A DNA stretch of 64,000 nucleotides from Adineta vaga (lineage: Eukaryota > Animalia > Rotifera). How positions within the stretch are numbered: position 1 is the first letter of the stretch; every line of letters begins with the position of its first letter. The notes under the pieces are model-generated. The model made no database searches and was not told where the DNA came from. It was given only the letters and a program-made list of their open reading frames with translations. Positions 27,970-42,800 of this stretch are shown here, piece after piece. Made by a program: the position numbers and the translations under genes. Location: NCBI GenBank assembly GCA_021613535.1, contig CP075493.1, positions 10,788,001 through 10,852,000 on the forward strand, read 5' to 3'.

Positions 27970-29675
27970 TTAAAACTTAGCAGAAGTTTCGATATAATTA
28001 TTATTCAAGATATTTTGTCTACGTTTTCTATAGAGATGAATTTCAACAAGAAAATAACCAACCAGAGCTAGTGTTAAGTATACTAGTTGTAAGATGATTG
28101 TTGTCTGTACACGTAAAGTTGGTCCATAGAAATAAACTATAAAATAACCAGCATTTTGACCTAACCAGAGATTTGAATAAGCTGCTTCTTCTTTTTTCAC
28201 AAATAAAATAGCATACAATGCTAGAAATTCATTCAATTGTTTAAGAGAAATTCGACTTGTGAAATGGTTTACTTACCAGATTCTACTGGATCCCAAATAG
28301 CAGTAGCAATGCCTTGCATTATAACTATAATAAATAAGACATACGTTTGTGAAGTAGACGGTTTCCATAATAGCATAACTATGTATGATGAATAGCATAG
28401 AACAGCAGCAAGAATGTAACAAGGTACTCGAGTATTGTATCGTCCAAGCCAACCAACGATAACACTAAAAATTGAAGCAGCAATACCATAAACAATCATA
28501 ATTAAACCTATATAAGAAAAACGAATTTAATTCATCGATAAGAAAGAGAATCATACTAACCAACATAAGATAATCCATGCGTACAAGTGATAAAACTCTA
28601 TAGTAGAAAGAAATCTAGCATTCACTTGTTCTTGCAAAAAATATTTTCTTTACTTACACTTGTAAATACAGAAAAGATAAAACCAAGAAATGTTCCAGTC
28701 CATAAAGCCAAAGGTAAGAGAAGTAATTGTTTAATAGATTTCATTTGTTTAAATGTTGAAATGATGAAATATCGTGACTCCATCAATACATTCTTAAAGT
28801 CAGTTACTGATGTATACATCCTTTCACATTTACGTTTTTGATCAAGCATAATAATAACAAGAACGATTGAAATAAGAATCAATCCCATAAATACACCATA
28901 AAGAATATATGCCTATATGAATTCATTTTGAAATAAGAATATTCAAAGTTGAATTCTAATCTGTCTTACTGTTGAATTCGAGATAGTAGTCGTTACATTC
29001 ATTTCTTTCTGTTCATTCTCTACAAAATAAGCACCACATTGAGATTGATTAGTATTGTCAATCATTATCGTTGAATTGTTACTATTATAATGACTCGTTC
29101 GTAAAATAATATATGTCACTAAATTACCCCAAATTTGAGCTAAATGATAAACAAAGTAACATAAACCTGTACGAATAAGATAATGATTACATACCAGTTT
29201 GAAATGTTGAAAAAAAGATAGCAAAATATTTATTGACAACAGCATCTTGCACGTGTCCATTCTCTCCAACAATACTTAAATCACTTATATATGCACTAAG
29301 TGCTGTCCAAAAACCGGCTTTGAATAGTCCACAAATCACAGAAGCTGGATATATAATCCATATCTTTGGATAGACATTCGCAGCGATATATAAAAGAAAA
29401 GCAAATTGTGCTAATACAATTGTCCATTTATATCCACATAAGAAGATAAGAGGATTGGTTATAAATAGACAAGAAAAGACGGTACATCCTGATATAATTG
29501 CTAATGAATAATAACCAACATTCTTATGCGAATGAATACTCGATTGTAAATTTGTTACAGCATTGAAAGATGTATAAACAAGAACAAATGTTATACAGAG
29601 TATAGCAAAATTTGTTTTATGTCGTGTTTTTGATAATTGCCATTCATTTGAATCAATCGTTTCACTACTGGTCAT
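27970..29675 (-). CDS. UNC-93-like (UNC93A-type) MFS membrane protein, multi-exon
   Basis: FVLVYTSFNAVTNLQSSI; LYIAANVYP; QIWGNLV; CGAYF; EEAAYSNLWLGQNAGY. Confidence 0.88.
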
Positions 29676-30184
29676 CTCTGAATCTTGTTAAGATAGAAGT
29701 AGGAAGTACTCATGCAATGTCTGTATCATATATACGTATATCTTCACCCACACTCTTTCATTTCAATCATGATTTCAGTCTTAAAAAGGAAGTATACAAA
29801 ATTTACTAGTAAGCGGATAAAAAGAAATTCAAGTGTCGCTTTTCATGACAACAACAAATAACTTTATTCTTTTATATTTATTAGACAAGAAAATCGTGCT
29901 ATATATTGATATTACAACATTTATTTTAACATCAATACGCCCACGTTCTCAAAGTTTCAATTCGTTAACAAGTCCCCGTATTGTTTACCATTGATCAAAA
30001 GAGTAGTTCTGTACATGACGACAGAACTGCTAAGTCAACAAAAAAAACAAGAGCGACATCGAAACGATTGATTAACAAACATACACTGTTTCTTTTTACA
30101 CATTCTATTCGAGACAAACACATTGAAGGTAAGCATCGGTTTTGACACTTGATTTTCCGACGAAGTAATTCAAACGATAGAAAG

Positions 30185-33100
30185 ATGATTACAGCAATAC
30201 ACAAACATGTTATACGACTTCGACTCGAACGACAAAATATAAATGATAATGATTTGAAATCTGTTCTTACGAATATTTGTGAAAATTTCCGTAGACATGG
30301 TGTTGTCAATAATATTTTAACAACACAAGATAGTCTTAAAGCTATGCAATTTTTTTGTAAACATATGATTGATAGTGGAGTTCATCAAAATATCTTACAT
30401 GCGCAAATTATTGATCATGAACTATTTATCCTGATGGAAAATACACTTTTGTCTATTGTACAAAAAAATAATCAAATAACTGATCAAGATTGGGGTCCAT
30501 TTCATGCTATGGCTTTATTATTAACATCGTCATTACCTTTAAATCAATTTGATGATGAGAAAATGAATAAAATCGTTAAAAAAACATTTTTTAGCGAGAA
30601 ATTCTTTAATGCTATTCAAGAGTGTATGGAGAACTTATTAACAAATAGTGATCAAAATAATCAAACGAGATATCGCATTTTAAGTTATGTTTTTCGACAT
30701 ATTTACGTTCATAGTAAAACATTTAAAACAAAACTTCAAACATTATTCTTGAATCTTGTTCTACGATGTATAATATCAAAACTCTATATTGATCAATTTG
30801 GTAAAAATGATGAAGCCTCCCAAGATTTTTTATTGTTAGATTGTCCTTGTTTTTTTCTTTGGAATTCAACTGATCGTCATAACGACATGGCTAAACTGTT
30901 ATGTCAATCGTTATTGAAAGATTATCAAACTATCCTATCTTATCGTGCTCATCGAAAAGATTCAAATCCACAAAAGAATGAATATCTTACTTTTTATTTG
31001 AAATTATTGAACTTTTGTGCATCAATCGAATCTATACATAATATGTTCATCCAGTATTTACCGACTATTATAACACAATTGTTTACTACAATGAAAGATT
31101 ATCTTGTTTTAGTAGATGAAAAAATACTTACGTCCATCAAAGATGAAGAACTGATTGCTAGTATTCTTACATTACTTTACAATTTGATGCCAAATCTGTC
31201 AATACGGAACGCAACGAAAGAAAATGCGCCAATATCAACTTTAACATTACTTAGTGGTAAAGAACAATTACAAATAACAACCAATTGTGAACGAAAAAAA
31301 GATATAATTCCAAAAAATATCCAATTTGAGGCACAATCTTTACTTGCGTTAATAACGGATGATATTGATCAATTAGATCAACCTGAAGAAATAACACGTT
31401 CATCAATAACATGTTTGGCCAAAGCTGTCAAGAATGAGTCACACACATATGAAGGAGTTCATGCTAGTAATGTATTAGCAAATATGAACAGTGAGTAGAT
31501 TTTTCTATATTCATTCCATAAAACAGCCTCATTTCTTTCTATAGTCATTGCACAGAATGATGAAGTTAAAGAGCAAATTGTCGAACAAGGTGCTTTAAGA
31601 TTATTATCTGATTGTGTTTGTGATCGAACTATTGCTACTGATCAAATTCGTCAACCAGCATTACATGTTATCTGGAGAGTTAGTTTCAATGAGAAAGCTT
31701 CTTCTATATGGAGAACTGATGACGAACTTATTAATCAATTACAAGACATCCATAGATCAAACAAGAATGAACAACAAATTGCAGCAAATGCTATTCTTTG
31801 GCATTTAATAAACGAGGAAATCTTTAGAGCTACACAGTCAAGAATTTCACGTATGTTAGTTTTATCCAATGGACAAATTCAACATCCTGTTCATGAAACT
31901 GCTAATCCTTCGTGGGTTAACATAGATAGTCCCAGTGGTCGAATTATTGTCTTACGAGAAAATTTAACTCAGGAACAAAACAATATACTTATAGCTGAAC
32001 GAGAACAAATAATGAAACTTCAAAAAGAAACGAGTCAACCATATAAATATGATCTAATGATTAGTTATTCTCATGTTAATGCTGATATATGTACGATTAT
32101 CTATAATTGTTTACTGAAAATGGGTAAATATAAAATTTGGTTCGATAAAGAAGAAATGCATGGTTCAACATTGCAACGCATGGCTGAAGCAGTTGAAGAA
32201 TCACATTTAATGTTAGTTTGTATGTCGAGTGCGTACAAATCGAGTAAAAGTTGTCAGATGGAATGTGAATATGCTTTCAAGTGTCATCATAATGTACTTT
32301 TCTTGCGAGTCGAAGCAAACTATATAGCAACTGGTTGGTTAGGAATTTATCTTGGTGTGCACCTTTATATCGATGTAACAAAACATGATTTTTTAACTAC
32401 ATTCAAAGATATTATTAAGCAAATTAGTTTTAAAAGAAATGAACCACCTGATTACAGTATGATCGATAAAATTGTTACCTCTGACGTACAAATTGCATTT
32501 GCCAATGCTTTACTAACAGAATCCAAAAGAGAATCAGCATGTATTGATACTAATATTCATCATTCAGTATCATTACCTACATTATCAACAGTGGTAACAA
32601 AACCGTCTCATAACTCGTTAAATTTCGATAGTCTTACTACATCGAATATGAAAGATACATTAAACAATGAAAAGAAAGTAATCAAAGAAAGTGTCACTTC
32701 AGAGACAGTTGCAAAATATTATCCATTGCATTATACCTATAGTAATGTTAATGATGAACAAGATTCTGTCAATGATATTGTTGTAAGTATTCCAACATCC
32801 AGTATGCTAAGTTTATCAAATGATGATGTTGGATCAGATGATCAAATTGATGGATTTAAGTCTGATTTGTTATCTTCAATGCTTCCTCTCATGAATAAAG
32901 ATACGATTAGTGTATCAGAATTGTCTCTGAATACGAGCAGAACGAGTACACCGGCATCACCAAGAATACTGGCAACGAGTGACGTAAATCAAATCAAATC
33001 TGTAACAGAATGGACACGAGAAGATGTACTTCAATTTCTCAAGGAAAAGAATCTCATGCATATGTCAATACTATTTAATAACCAAGAAATGAATGGAAAA

Positions 33101-33190
33101 CGTCTTTTAGAACTTTGTAAAAATGATCAACCAAACGATTATGAACGTTTGAAGAATGAATTAAAAAAACTGTCACCGTTTGACTTTTAA
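30185..33190 (+). CDS. ARM-like repeat + TIR + SAM domain protein, 2 exons
   Basis: Helical N-terminus; intron about 31491-31543; TIR YDLMISYSH...KIWFDKEEMHGSTLQRMAEAVE...CQMECEYA...GWLG; SAM-like VTEWTREDVLQFL...MNGKRLLEL. Confidence 0.87.
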
Positions 33191-33311
33191 TAATGGAAAA
33201 TAATCATCATGCTTTCTGGAATTTAAAATCGTTAATAGACTCTTGCATGAATTTTATTTCAATATGATTCAGAATTATAAATAAAAATGTAGACTTCGAA
33301 AATGAGAGTTA

Positions 33312-33939
33312 TTATTCAATATTTTCCGTTGTTACAGTGTGCTGTGAATGGTATGTTGCAGATAGTGAAGTAATACGTGCTCGTCTTCCATTTCGAATGA
33401 CAGTTAAACTGTAGATGATCATACATATAGTGAGCAAGAGAATGAGCACACTCAAATTGATTATTATTAAATTCTTTGGTTCACATCCTCTTCCATAGGA
33501 ATTTCTGCATCGTTCTTGTGGTGAAAAAATAAGAAATATGTAAGTAGCTAATGGTAAAAGTATGAAAAATAATTGAAAGAATATCAGTATGAAGAAATTT
33601 GCTAAGATATAAATTTCTTCTCGACGTAAAATAAGAATTAAAATACCAACAAAGATCATATAGAGTCCATTGACAGTACCAGAAAGAAGACTATCATCAG
33701 AGAAACGAAATAAATTGTAGAAAATTTCTGCATAACTATCAATACTCTTACCTAAATCCATCATTGATATGAAGTCCAATATCTAATCCAATGGCAGTAA
33801 CACCAACTAGAATGTTATATACTGAAATAATGCACAGTTTTCCAACTAATTTTCGCGGAACTGTCATTGGTACAATATCTCTAAGTTCTGTATTAGGTAA
33901 TAGTGATGCGATAGTGATCGACTGACTATTTTCTGCCAT
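33312..33939 (-). CDS. Uncharacterised 4-TM protein (MS4A-like topology), 2 exons
   Basis: ORFs 33748-33939 and 33312-33779 joined at a GTAAGA donor near 33751; four hydrophobic helices and a Cys-pair loop (RCRNSYGRGC). Confidence 0.6.
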
Positions 33940-35489
33940 TGTGTAAGATTACTGTAGCTTTTTTATTTTATTTTCAGCAGTTATAGTGCTTTTATTCTTA
34001 AAAAAACTCATCCTTATATAGAGAGAAAAAGAAAATGCACTTTTTACTTTCTTTTCTTTTTTAGACCGTCAGGATTTGACAAAACATAATGACAATCGGT
34101 TAACGATGCTTAAATTTTCATCTATCATGTCTCCGATCTTTTCAGATCTAAAAGCCAATGGAAATTTTTTCTCTTTTTCCGCTCTCTCGTAGTTAAAAGT
34201 TATAAATGAAAAAGTGTGACAACATCGGTTTCTTCTTTTCTCTCATTATTAGAAAGTCTCAAGATGTGACTGCAGGATAACAAATTATTTATACAATAAT
34301 TACAGAGCAAATATTCTTATCTGTCAAACTTGACTTGAAGGTTCTTCGTATTTCTTTTTTCTAATGAATTATATATCTAACAACAAATACTTGCTTTTCA
34401 TGCAAAATCTTTAGAAAAAATATCGTATCTTCTTTTTTCGTCTTACTTTCACAATTTATCGTTCATCATTATAGTTTTATTTGGTCGATACTTTGTACTA
34501 TTCGCTTTTCAAATCAAAGAAGATATTGTATAGACATAAAAAAAACTAGAACGAAACAAAAATACGCAGTTTGATCTATCTCTCAAATGAAGTCACTATA
34601 AAAGTGACTTCGCATAGTTTCCTCTAGTGCTTTAAATTCTCGATCAATCCTTCAATTTTACTTTTTGTTTCCATTTCATCGATCGACTACGCTATTCTAC
34701 TATTGTTGACACGAAAGTTTCTCTCTTGGTAACTAATTTGACTGAGCATTTTACCAGAGATGCAGCGATTGGTTACAATAGTAATATATGAAATTCTTCA
34801 ATGTTTTCCTGAGATATAGTTTGACATATATCAAGTATTTGCTGTTTAATTCATTGAACAATTAATTAACTGAACTTAGTATCGACGAATTTGCTCATAA
34901 AGAGCCCTTTACTGTGAAAATAATGTTTCTATTTATCGGTCAACGCAACGAAAGATAAAAATATTAATAGAACGAATAGTAGAAAATTTCATGAACTTTC
35001 AGAATATGTTATGTTAATCATACGAATCTTAAAATGCACATACTAATTTATTTTTTCAGCGTTCCATATTTATCATCCCTATATTCAAATAAATGGTACA
35101 AAATAAGAATTGAATGACGGTGAAATGAAAAAAAAAGGATAACTAATTGCTATAACTAAGCTTACATTATCAACTTCAACTAAAACTTTAAGATGACTAG
35201 AAGAATTGTCCGTATTTATCGTTTGTTGTGTCGTTCTATTTATATTATGTTATTATTCCTCATAATTTTATTATATGAAACACGTTTTTTTAGATTCATT
35301 CATTTCAATGGTAAGATGAAAATATATTATTAAAGACAAATAACGTAGTCTTTTGTAGAAACATCAATCAATGGCACAAATTAAAGTAACAAAAAAAACG
35401 ATAACGAAATATTTTCTGCCATAGATGAAAACAAAAAATCAGTGAGAAAAACGATAACAGACTAAAATTTGATATTTTCATAGTGAATT

Positions 35490-36745
35490 TCAGCAAATGT
35501 TCTGTACGTCATCAAGTAAAAATGTTAATTCTGCTCGATCAACTAATGAACGAATATCACTCACATGTCTCTCAGCATTATATGCAAAGGACATAAAAAC
35601 AGTCACTGCTAACATCCATCGAACTAAGCCAACTAATTTCTTTACACCTTGCTTTTGTCCATATTTATAAACTAGATATTTCCATGTTAATTCAGCATAT
35701 TGATTTTCGATCGCTAATATTTGGCTCACGTCCAAATATTCATTCTGAATTTGTCGATACAATGATCGAGAATTAGTTGAAAATGCAAATAAAGCTATTC
35801 CTAGTTTGGAAAGAGTGATATCTGTTTCTACGAACTGTGTTGACCATCGGTGATATTTCATTGTGTTTTCTCCATACAAACATTCGAGATGATTCCAAAG
35901 TGTTTCAACGTCAATCAGTCGAGAATGATAAAATACAAATATTCCACCCAAGCAAGTAATATTATTAGCAGCTGTTTGAAGTAGAAGATATCGATCATCA
36001 GCTGGCAGATGACTAATATCATCGTTTAAATGAAGACAAATGCCAGCAACTTCATAAAGGCCTGTCAAGAATTCTGTCACCAGTGTTTCATTGATTGTTG
36101 TGATCGAATGAAGTTGACAGAGTTGATTTTCGTTGTTCAATGTTTTAGCTAATGATAATAGTTTGGATTCATCATAACTGTGAATGATATTCGATAAGAG
36201 AGTCCACTGAGCATTGTCGAACGTCGAAATATCTTTTTGTAAAAGATTTAGAGTTGGAATCTACGAATAAAGAGATAGAACGTTGTATTATTTGAGAAGA
36301 ATATTATCGATGATACGTACATAAATGATTGGATTTGATCTGACTAAAGCTTTGGACTGAGAGATTTTTCTTTTTGATAAAATCGAGCCGCGAAGCATTT
36401 GCACTTGCATACCTTGTTTGAAACATTTGTCTAAACGACATGCTGTACAAATGTGACGATTATTAATAGTGATTTCACATTGGTTATTGACGAGACATTT
36501 GAATGGTTTCTAAATAGAATATTGTTTTTTATGTCTTAGAATATCTTTGAAATTAAACTAACATCTTTCTTTTCAGCATTTCTTTTGAAAAACATTTTAC
36601 ATGGACCACATGCAATAGTTCCATAGAATGAGTAAATTGCTGATGAACCGCATATCTGACATGTACTTGGATTTCTCTGCTTTTTTGATCGAATCAATTC
36701 GTATGCTTGAGCCATGCGTACTTGTATACTATCGTCAGAATACAT
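35490..36745 (-). CDS. Nuclear hormone receptor (divergent family), about 3 exons
   Basis: CQICGSSAIYSFYGTIACGPCKMFFKRNA; CLVNNQCEITINNRHICTACRLDKCFKQGM; LBD ORF 35490-36140 (LPADDR, YAELTWKYLVYKYG). Confidence 0.88.
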
Positions 36746-37989
36746 TTTGAGACGAACAAGAAAATAAGTCAGAGCGTACACTTATTTTGTTTTGCGTTCT
36801 GTACAGAACGAAAGAGTGCCTTTGATCCCTTTGATTCTTTTCGATACGAAGAACAAAAGAAAAATACTGCACTCTAATGTCTGTTAAATGTGTGATAGAT
36901 AAATCGAGGTTTTTAGCTTTAAATAGACTGTTCGCTTTTATTAACATCTGAAAAAAAAATTATTTGCATTCTACAACCTATAGTAGTATATAGTTGCTTC
37001 ATATAGTACGTGGCCATGGAATCAAAGAAGATAAAAAGAACGTTCTCTCGTGTTGTCAGGTTACGTTGTGAAAAAGATATTTGAATCAGGTTTTTTTGAC
37101 GATGGTTCATTTAGAAATATCTCTATTGCCATCTTATGATGAGGAAAGTATTGAAATGTAATTCTGATGATCATTGTGAAATAAATGATCTTAATCAAGT
37201 GGTTGTGGTGATGAGAATACGATAGTTTTTAAGAAAGTAAGGAATATATTTTGATTTATTTGAAAGATTAATTTAAAAGTTGATCATTCTGCTGATTATA
37301 CGATCTCAAAATTGAGATTCAATTAAATTGACTTTTCAATGATTCTGTACATCAGATATATCTATTTGTCTTTCTTATAGAAAATCGATAATAAAAAGAT
37401 GTTAGATCGAGGTTTTTTCGACGTCAGATTTATACTTTTGGTAAAGTTTGTTTCTTGATACTATCAAAATCTTAAACATATCCATGAGATATCAAGCAAA
37501 CAGATATTTTTTTCTCTAGGTCTATGGCTATTTTTGAACTCTTATTTGATCCTCAAATTTTCATTTACATCACAACCTTCGAAAATTCTACTTAAATTAC
37601 CAGCGTTATGCATGTCTATATGATTAAATACCTAAAGAGAGATGGTATTATATTAAACAATGAAGAACGTTATAGAACTACATGTTGCCTTTTATCCACG
37701 ATATTCAATATTTCCAGTGCGAAACACTTATTTGATCATAAGATTATGCTATTAGCGACACCGACTATCTCAGTCATATCATATGTTCTCGATGGTCTGA
37801 AAAATCAGATGAATTCTAATCGTTTTCAAGAAATATTTTATGGAATAGACATGTTTATGTACTATACTCACTCATTTTTCTATAAATCAATCGAAGACTA
37901 GAGCCAAGAAGCATTGAATACCGTCTCACACCACAATGATAAATGCCATTTCATTTTAAAAACATAAAATATTTGAAGATTTATTGTAC

Positions 37990-38570
37990 TAACACAGATG
38001 ATTTGAACATATATCGTCAACATCATCAAGCGATAAAGTAAATTCTGCTTTTTAGTTAATAATAGAACATCATTCACATGTCTCTCAGAATTATATGCAA
38101 ATAGACTTGAAAACAGTCACTGCTGACATCCATCGAACTTAACCAACGAATTTCTTTACACCCTGATTATATCCATATTTATAAACTAGATATTTCATTG
38201 TGTTTTCTCCATACAAACATTCGAGATGATTCCAAAGTATTTCATCTTCTATCAGCCGAAAATAATAAAATACAAATACTCCACCCAAGCAAGTAATATT
38301 ATTAGCAGCTGTTTGAAGTAGAAGATATCGATCATCAGCTGGTATATGCGACTAATATCATTGTTTCATTGATTGTTGCAGTTGAATGAAGTCGTCCATT
38401 GAACATTATCGAACGTCGAAATATCTTTTCGTAAAAGATTTAGAGAAGAAAGAAAAGAAATAAAACAAACTTGTTTCCGTTGAATCTTTCTTTTGAAAAA
38501 TACTTTGCATAAACTGCATGAAAGAACTTCATTTTTACTTTTATATAGTTACAAGGATATATGCACGGTT
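37990..38570 (-). pseudogene. Deleted, degenerate paralog of the 35490-36745 nuclear receptor
   Basis: Nucleotide blocks near-identical to 35560-36250 with internal deletions; DBD remnant LSCSLCKVFFKRK at about 38480-38525. Confidence 0.88.
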
Positions 38571-39846
38571 GAAATAACGATGTTATTTAAAAAGCACATT
38601 TCTCTTTTGACATTCTGCAGAAACAAAAAAACGTTGTTATGAACCCCGTTATCGATTCTTACAGAAAGGAAAAAAATCAACTTTTTTTATTATGCTTTTC
38701 ATATTTACGTTGGATAGAACATGGTATAGTAGGATGTCGTTTCAAATGAATCATTGATTGCTCATACGTATCCGCAAAGAACGTTTTTCCGGTATTCTTT
38801 AACAGAATTTGAGTGCGATAAGTATAAAGTTTTCCTTCATTTACAGATGCTCTTTTAGTATTTTTCAAAAGACTATAGTTTTCTTCCAATATCTAACACT
38901 TTGGATCAAAGAGATCATGATAATATTTCAGAAAACTGAAAGCACCTATCACTTCACTAGCGTATCTGTATAATGCTAAGAACCAAAGCAATTTTTCTTT
39001 GCATTATAATGGTCTGAGTACAACATTTGTGGTGCTTTCAAAACTATGCAGATAAGATTCTATTTATTATCAAATTACTTAATGGCATTAAAATTAGAGA
39101 TGACATACAAAGATTTTCTAATTATAAATGTTCAATGACTTTTCCGTTTGCATCATAGTAGAATTCATTAATAAGAATTTACGATTCTATTTGAATGCAC
39201 GAAGAAATTTCTTTGATATTAAATATAATCATATTGATCAGTGAAAATCGTGATGCTATTCTCTAAATTAATTTTTCCAATAATTCATTGGTATTTACTT
39301 GAAACATAACTGTTCTTATTTCTAAGAATGACTATACTCAAGAATTATTCTCCATTTTTCGTGTTAATGGATAGTTCAAACTTCAATTATCAAAATGAAA
39401 TAATTAATTCGTCTCTAAAAATGGGGAAACATTAAGTATAATATGACTGCGCTTAGTTTTCTACTGACAACGTGAATTTCTCATCTTTATCGTATTGACC
39501 CTCTTTCGATAGTATAATCACATTTGAATAAAACGTTTCTTTTAGGTAACTACTGATTTTGATAAAAGTAAAACAAGGAAGACTGTCTATTTGTGTTCAT
39601 TTGAATGTTAAAGTACGAAAATATCGAGTTAATTCAGAGTTTTTACGAGAATATAGTCAATACAAAATCTTGCTTCGTATTTTTTTCTCTAAATAAACTT
39701 GTTAATATAATAGAACTGGGAGAAGACCTTTTTATCCAATATATCATATGATAAAATAATCAAACGAGAAAAAAAACACACAGTTTTATTTATAATCAAT
39801 CTTTGAATAAAGAGGAGTTATATTATGTCATAAAAGATAAATGTTA

Positions 39847-42800
39847 TTAATCAATTATCGGTAACGATTCTAATAAAATAGTAATTAAAATCTTCATTTC
39901 TATTTCGAAACTATTGAGTAGGGTATCAAAATCATTTGCTTGTTGTTTCATTGTCCAAATACCTAGAGGCAATTCAATAGCAACTTGATTCGAACCATTT
40001 GCTTTGATGTGCAATTTAAATTGATTTTCTTGCAAGATTTGAATATGCCATTGAATATCGATGGTCAAATTACTTTCTTGATACCAAAAGACTAAGACAT
40101 CATGATTTTCAATTCGTTTATCTTCAGTAATCCAACGACTTTTTCCCTCCGTTGACCAACGCATACATGTACAGTAACGCGTCACAAGTTGAGTTTTCAA
40201 CTGATTTATCAATGATACGATATAGATGAAGAGATCTCCGAAAGGAATTGAAGATGATAATGTTTGAGTATTGATATTTAGGGACACTGGAAAATAATTC
40301 ACTTGTTCATGTCTTTCCATGAGTAGTGTAGTTATCCATTGAAATTGATAATCGAGTTCATCTATTGACCATTGATGGCCAGGATTGGTAAAACCACGAT
40401 CAAATATCAACATCAAATGTTTTTCCAAATGTTGGCCAATACTTCCATCGATATTGAAACCTTAAACAAATAAAAACACAATTATAGTCACTTGCATTAC
40501 TAACTTGTAGAAGAAATTGTTTATACCTGTGATATCAGCAATTTTCTGTTTGATACATTTTACATTATCATGTATTTGGTGCGGTGCCTTTTCACATATA
40601 TCACGTGATTCTCTTGGTTTATGACCCGTAATCAACCAAAAGAAAGTAGCACAAATACTAGATGCATCAATCGTTGGACTGTATTGACAAGGTTGTATTC
40701 GTTTATTGTTTCTACAAAATCTTTCTTCAAGTTGTGGAACTAAATAAAACTGATTCGTCCATCGCGCATCGATACTTTCCATCGAATTAGTCAATTGATT
40801 TCCATTGATCCATGCCGATGCAAAATTAATTAACATCAACTTGATATCATTCATTGTCGGATGTCGTTCAACTAAGATATTTTTTGGTTGAATATCACGA
40901 TGAATTACATTTAGACCGTGGATTTTCTTAACGATTGTTAGTAACGGTCGAATAATTTCTAATGCTCCTTTCAAATCAATTCTAACAGGATTCTTTATAT
41001 AATCTGAAAGTCGTTCACCATCTATCAATTTCATAATTGTCCAAAACTCCTTCTTTGATGAATCTTCATCGATGATATTTGAAGTAATATTCACATTACT
41101 TTCAAATACTTTTGGTACACTCTTCAAATTACTAAGATTTTGCAATGCAATCCGTTCACGTTGTGCACGTAGTAGTGTCGTTCGATCATTTTTTGGCAAA
41201 TAAACTTTTGCTATTACGTTATTCATATCTTTCTTTGATGAAGTTTCTAGCCAATATGATTCGTCATGATCGAATGAATCATTAGATAGCATTTGATCTG
41301 TCCAAGTCCATTGTGAAGTTGAATTAAACATATCCGAAGGTGGTGGACGAATTTTTGTGACTATAAAAGATATATGTAATATTAATATCGAACAATTTTT
41401 TTTGGAAAATGTGTTAGCAATATATATATACCTGTTCTTGTTTTTAGTAAACTAGTGGTAGCTTTCGTTTTCGGCACAGTTGACTGATTTGTTGAGATCT
41501 GTCGTGAGACGTGTGATCTTCTAGTTGCGTGAGAATTTTCAGAAATATTTTGTGTTGAAACAATAGCACTAGCGGCAGATGAATATAATTTTGCTGGTCT
41601 GCTTCTATTTGAATATGCACTTTGGATACTTGGTGTTGGTGATGTACATCGGCTACTGTTGATCGTTCGATTCACGTTGGTGAAATCATGCCATTCAAAC
41701 AGTTGTTGACTTACTTCTAATTGACATTGAATTCTTTGTTGATTCGTCGGTGAAAATGGTTTATTATGGCATTTGCTTATTAGTTGTCGGAGTCTGTTCT
41801 CTGCTTGTTGACGTATCAAATAGGCTGATTTGGGCAAATTTGGACAATTATCATCCGTGGGTTGCAAAATTAGAAGCTGTGAATATTTTGAATCGAGATT
41901 CAACCGTTTCATGAGGTCTTCATCAGTAATGTCAGAAGGTAAATTACTCAATTTGAGACGATAACGTGCATCTTCCAAACCTACGTCCGAAGCACTGAAT
42001 ATTTAAAAGAAACCCGAGAATATAAACAAATTTATTCTTACGTTGTTGTGTTCGAGGAAACGATATCGTTGTACGTTTGTTAGTATGCCCATACCAACAA
42101 TTTTGATCTTCACAAGTATCTAGTTCGTCACAACTAATGTGCTTAAAGTGACATGTAGTACTGGTATGGGAACATTGACCTTTTTGAAAATTAGTGCACA
42201 ACTCCTGTTCTTCAATTTGCTCAGGCATTACTTCACACTGAATTGTATTTGTACGTACAATTCGTCCCGAATTTCTTTTGGCAGATATATGTGCAGTTGA
42301 TTCATCATCAAATCCTTTTATCCAAGCTTCACTCGATGTTCGACCAGCAGTTAAATGTGATTGTTCAATTTGAAAACAGGGATAGACAAGAATAGATGGA
42401 ACAGAAACTTTAAATATGTCGGACAATTCTGCACTGGTCACTCGAACAGGTAAATTCGTGACATGAATACAGTATGGAATATCGTAAATGATAAAATCTT
42501 CAGCTAAATAATCAAAACATTTTCATTTGATTAATATACATCGGTTTTTTTTACCTGTTCAAAACTTTTCTAACTCAATCTTTCGTCCTTTAATTTTCAA
42601 TGTTGGACTATACATAATACTTTTATCGACTTCATCATAACTGAAATCAAGAATAGAAATTCCACGTATAATCGATCAAAATATTTTTCTTTCTATACTT
42701 ACTCTTTGAATTGAAATTGTGCTTCGGTTTTATCTTTATTCGTCCATTGACAACGAAGAATTGTTCCATATTTTTGAAAATGCTTTCTCAAATCATTTTC

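Noticed and set aside
9555-33190. ART-TPR and TIR genes as one NAD+-based defence locus
   Set aside because: They are about 19 kb apart with unrelated housekeeping genes between; there is no evidence of a functional link.
37500-39400. Further decayed gene fragments around the receptor pseudogene (ORFs 37608-37901, 38677-38889)
   Set aside because: They look coding-derived, but no motif could be assigned with confidence.
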